Shown here in pieces: positions 61,401-64,000 of a stretch of DNA of 64,000 nt (position 1 is its first letter; each line of letters begins with the position of its first letter). The notes under the pieces are model-generated. The model was not told where the DNA came from and did no database searches. It saw nothing but the letters and a program-made list of their open reading frames with translations. This stretch comes from Klebsormidium nitens (taxonomy: Eukaryota > Plantae > Klebsormidiophyceae). The position numbers and the translations under genes were made by a program. The DNA is taken from assembly GCA_000708835.1 (NCBI GenBank), contig DF237075.1, positions 1-64,000 of the forward strand. Reading direction: 5' to 3'.

Positions 61401-63826
61401 GGGGTGGCTCCCGTCCAGAGCGATGCCCTTTTTGGAAACTGTAAGATAACAAGGAATGACGTCAGCCGGAGGTGACGCCAGCGGGGCGTAGCTCAAGAAG
61501 GGACGCGACTGCCAGTGAGGTTTGGAGGTACTCTCGAGGAAACTCTTTGATTGACATTTTAGACATACGTAGTTTGAGAAATCTGTGGATGGGCCATCGA
61601 TAGAATCTCCAACAGATCTTTGATAAGCGTCTCGGAACATCGGAAGCGGAACGCGCCTTCAGAGTGTTTGACGGCCGTCAGTGAGATAGGCGACCCGACC
61701 CGAAGGGCTTCGACGGAAAGGCTTACCACGAAACGCCGTCATACCCTTTCTGACACGGACATCTTCCGTTTGTACGTGAAAACTCAAGTCCATTACTGGT
61801 AGTCTGAGACGAATATACGACTGAAGTCGACGTCAGCAGACGTCAGCCGTTCCCGACTCACCGACAAACATGGGAATCTTGGTCCCGTCCTTGCTGGGCA
61901 CGAACACTTGCCGCGTCTCAAACTCGTCCTTGTTCAACCCGCCAACCACCGTGTCCCGAAACACCGTCGGCGCTGCGTCCGGCTGCTCCAGGTCTACCCG
62001 GAAGATCGTGCTCTGCGGAGGGAATAAAAGAATGCTGAGTTTCTCCTTGTTGGGTTTTCCCTCTGCTTTGCTTTCCCTCTGCTTTGCTTTTAAAGGAGAT
62101 TGAGCTTGACTATCAGGTTTCAAAGTTCTAGGGGTTTTCAGGTTAGAAATGGACAATTTTGTCCCGGGTTTCCTCTCTCTTTTTATTTCTTTTTCTCATT
62201 TGTTTTGTTTTGAAGAGGTTCGGTGACAGCTTAAGTCTAACTATCATTCCCCTCTCAACATAGACGAACAGAAGCCGGGAAGGGAGCGACCGCCCCGTCC
62301 GACGCTGTTCGCAACGCACTTCGACAGGAGAGTCTAAGACGGCCAATGGGGCAATGACGCGCGCACAATGGCGCCCTTCCTAAAATCGGACAGGACACCG
62401 TCCTGGCAACGTTCGTGCCCGCGAAAGCAGATACGCTGCCATTCCGCGCCTCTCAGCAGCCGAACTCCATCGCTGATAAGCTTTTTCTGACCGCTACACT
62501 TCCTCTACTCAAACGCGGCCCTTGTCCGTCCACAACCAGTGGCCTTCTTGAGCATGTTTTACCCTGCTTTTAGAAGCTGCGTCCACGCCAGCTTTTTCTA
62601 TCGTTAAGCAAAGATTCCCGTTCTTGAGGCCCAGCCATACGGGTTGGCGGCCAAACGAGTGCGCAGGAAAGCTTTCCCCTTCTGCTCTTACCAGATTCAC
62701 TGAACCCCAAAAGCCCGCGCTTGCATGCAGACATACGACGATTTCCTTCTTTGTAGCCTTAGCACAGAACCAACACATACCGGGTTGAGGAAACCGGTGA
62801 AGGAGTAGAAGATCTGGGAGTCCTGGCGGCGTCCGGTGGCGCTGGAGACGGAGCCAATGTCGAGGGGGAGCCCCCGGAGGAGGCGGCCCGAGGCGAGGTC
62901 GTGCAGCTGCAGCACGTGCTTCACGTCGGCCTGGTAACATACTAGTAGAAGGCTCTGCGCAGGGGGTGGGGAGGGGGTTAGCGAAATTGTGTTCAAATAA
63001 ACCCGAGGGTTAGCGCAGATTCTTAGTTGGCACTTCGCAGGGAGGGGTAGCAGAGCTATGGAGAAGTGAACTCGGGGAGAAGGTATACCTGGGGTGGGAA
63101 GCGTTTCCAAGCAACAGCACACCAGCAACGGGCTCTGCAAAGGGGGGGTTAGCGTGGTTTGACTGGGGCGATGAACCCTCGGGTTATGAAGAACGTGCGG
63201 AGTTGAAGCCGGGGTTTGCAAAGGTGTGAAACATTGCGTACTCGAAGTGAGGGTGAAGGCGGAGAGAGAATGTTTCAGGGGTGGAAAAAGACCCGCAAGC
63301 AATAGCAGATCGGCAACAGGCTTTTTGCAGGGAGAGGGGACGGGGGTGAGAAACTGTAGGGAGCTGAAGTGCGGATTGTGCCGAATTGTACGGAGTCCGG
63401 GGATGAGCGGACCTGAGGGGAATTGAATCTGAAAGTGAGGCCGGAAAAATGTGTTCTGAGGTAGAGGGATACTGTAAAGCAAGAGCAGGACTGTAGGACG
63501 TTCCGGTCGTGCGTACAGTCTCTGAGGACGAGCGCTGCAAGAGACATGTACAAGAAACAAAAACCTCTGAGGAAAGGCAAGAAAGAGGAAGCGTTCAAAG
63601 CAGCGTCAAGCCTGCACCCTCTTGTGTCCAATCGTATAGTTTACCCTTAGCAACAAAAGCTGCAAGGAAGGAAATGCTCCGTTGATTGTTAGGAAAACCT
63701 CACCTGGTGAACGCAGTGCGCCCATTCCAGAAGGTCGGACTTCGACTCGGGGATCAGGTCCTCCCAGGAGTCCGGCTTCGTGAGGTCGACCCGGACCACT
63801 TTGTACAAAGGCGCGTTCTTGTTCGT
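58432..63826 (-). CDS. PREP: Prolyl oligopeptidase (S9A), 3' part; the gene continues beyond the window end
   Basis: [10 protein letters not shown]; [14 protein letters not shown]; [17 protein letters not shown]; catalytic Ser GGSNGG, Asp GDHDDRV, His KAGHGAG; C-terminus [21 protein letters not shown] with the stop at 58432-58434. Confidence 0.95.
58732..58779 (+). repeat. 24-bp tandem duplication in the last intron of the prolyl oligopeptidase gene
   Basis: AAGACCTTT(A/G)TCAACCTCGCTCGC x2. Confidence 0.85.
62920..63345 (-). repeat. Three tandem copies (period 180-188 bp) of an acceptor and exon start in a prolyl oligopeptidase intron
   Basis: Minus strand: true GCAG|AGCCTTCTACTAGTATGT at 62954 (SLLLVCY); copy GCAG|AGCCCGTTGCTGGTGTGC at 63134 (SPLLVCC); copy GCAA|AGCCTGTTGCCGATCTGC near 63322 (SLLPICY). 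Confidence 0.8.
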
Positions 63827-64000
63827 CTGGCAACAATAAAGCAATGCTCCAGCTCAACAGTTTTTTCCAAGCTTCTTCCAACCGTATCGTGACTTGTCCT
63901 GGTGACAGACGTGGCGCATGTATCGGGAACAGACACAGGCAATATTGCGCTAGAGCTGGATGACGCATACGGAAAGGGAGCCGCTTTTGGAGCCGCTCTT

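Noticed and set aside
62697-63560. 287-aa minus-strand ORF
   Set aside because: It is mostly intron read-through into a prolyl oligopeptidase exon and not a separate gene. Only the 60-aa in-frame segment is kept as a finding.
1-64000. tRNA, rRNA, snRNA genes and CRISPR arrays
   Set aside because: GTTCGA-type hits lack cloverleaf context, CTTACCTG hits are antisense splice donors, and the repeat arrays have no constant-repeat/unique-spacer structure.

Overview
Intron-rich eukaryotic nuclear DNA with GT-AG introns, GC-rich conserved exons and plant-like housekeeping genes. The overall style suggests a streptophyte green alga, probably Klebsormidium-like (inference; no search was run). I reconstructed ten spliced protein-coding genes by hand: plastid ribosome-biogenesis GTPase Der/EngA (+), a DUF3431 membrane protein (-), an uncharacterised two-TM protein with DEG/ENaC/ASIC/PAC-like motifs (+), a CRAL-TRIO/Sec14 protein (+), a highly divergent phosphoglycerate kinase (+), a nodulin-like MFS transporter (-), a DUF676 serine hydrolase (-), COG6 (+), a short ionotropic glutamate receptor-like channel lacking the ATD (-), and the 3' part of a prolyl oligopeptidase (-, runs off the window end). 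A 520-bp MITE-like element with 26-bp perfect inverted repeats lies upstream of the glutamate receptor. The main highlights are: (1) the candidate ENaC/ASIC-type channel in a plant-lineage genome; (2) degenerate tandem copies of splice junctions (splice site plus exon end) inside introns of three different genes; (3) a non-canonical PGK whose conserved N-x-R motif sits on an 18-nt microexon. I recognised no rRNA, tRNA or CRISPR array.
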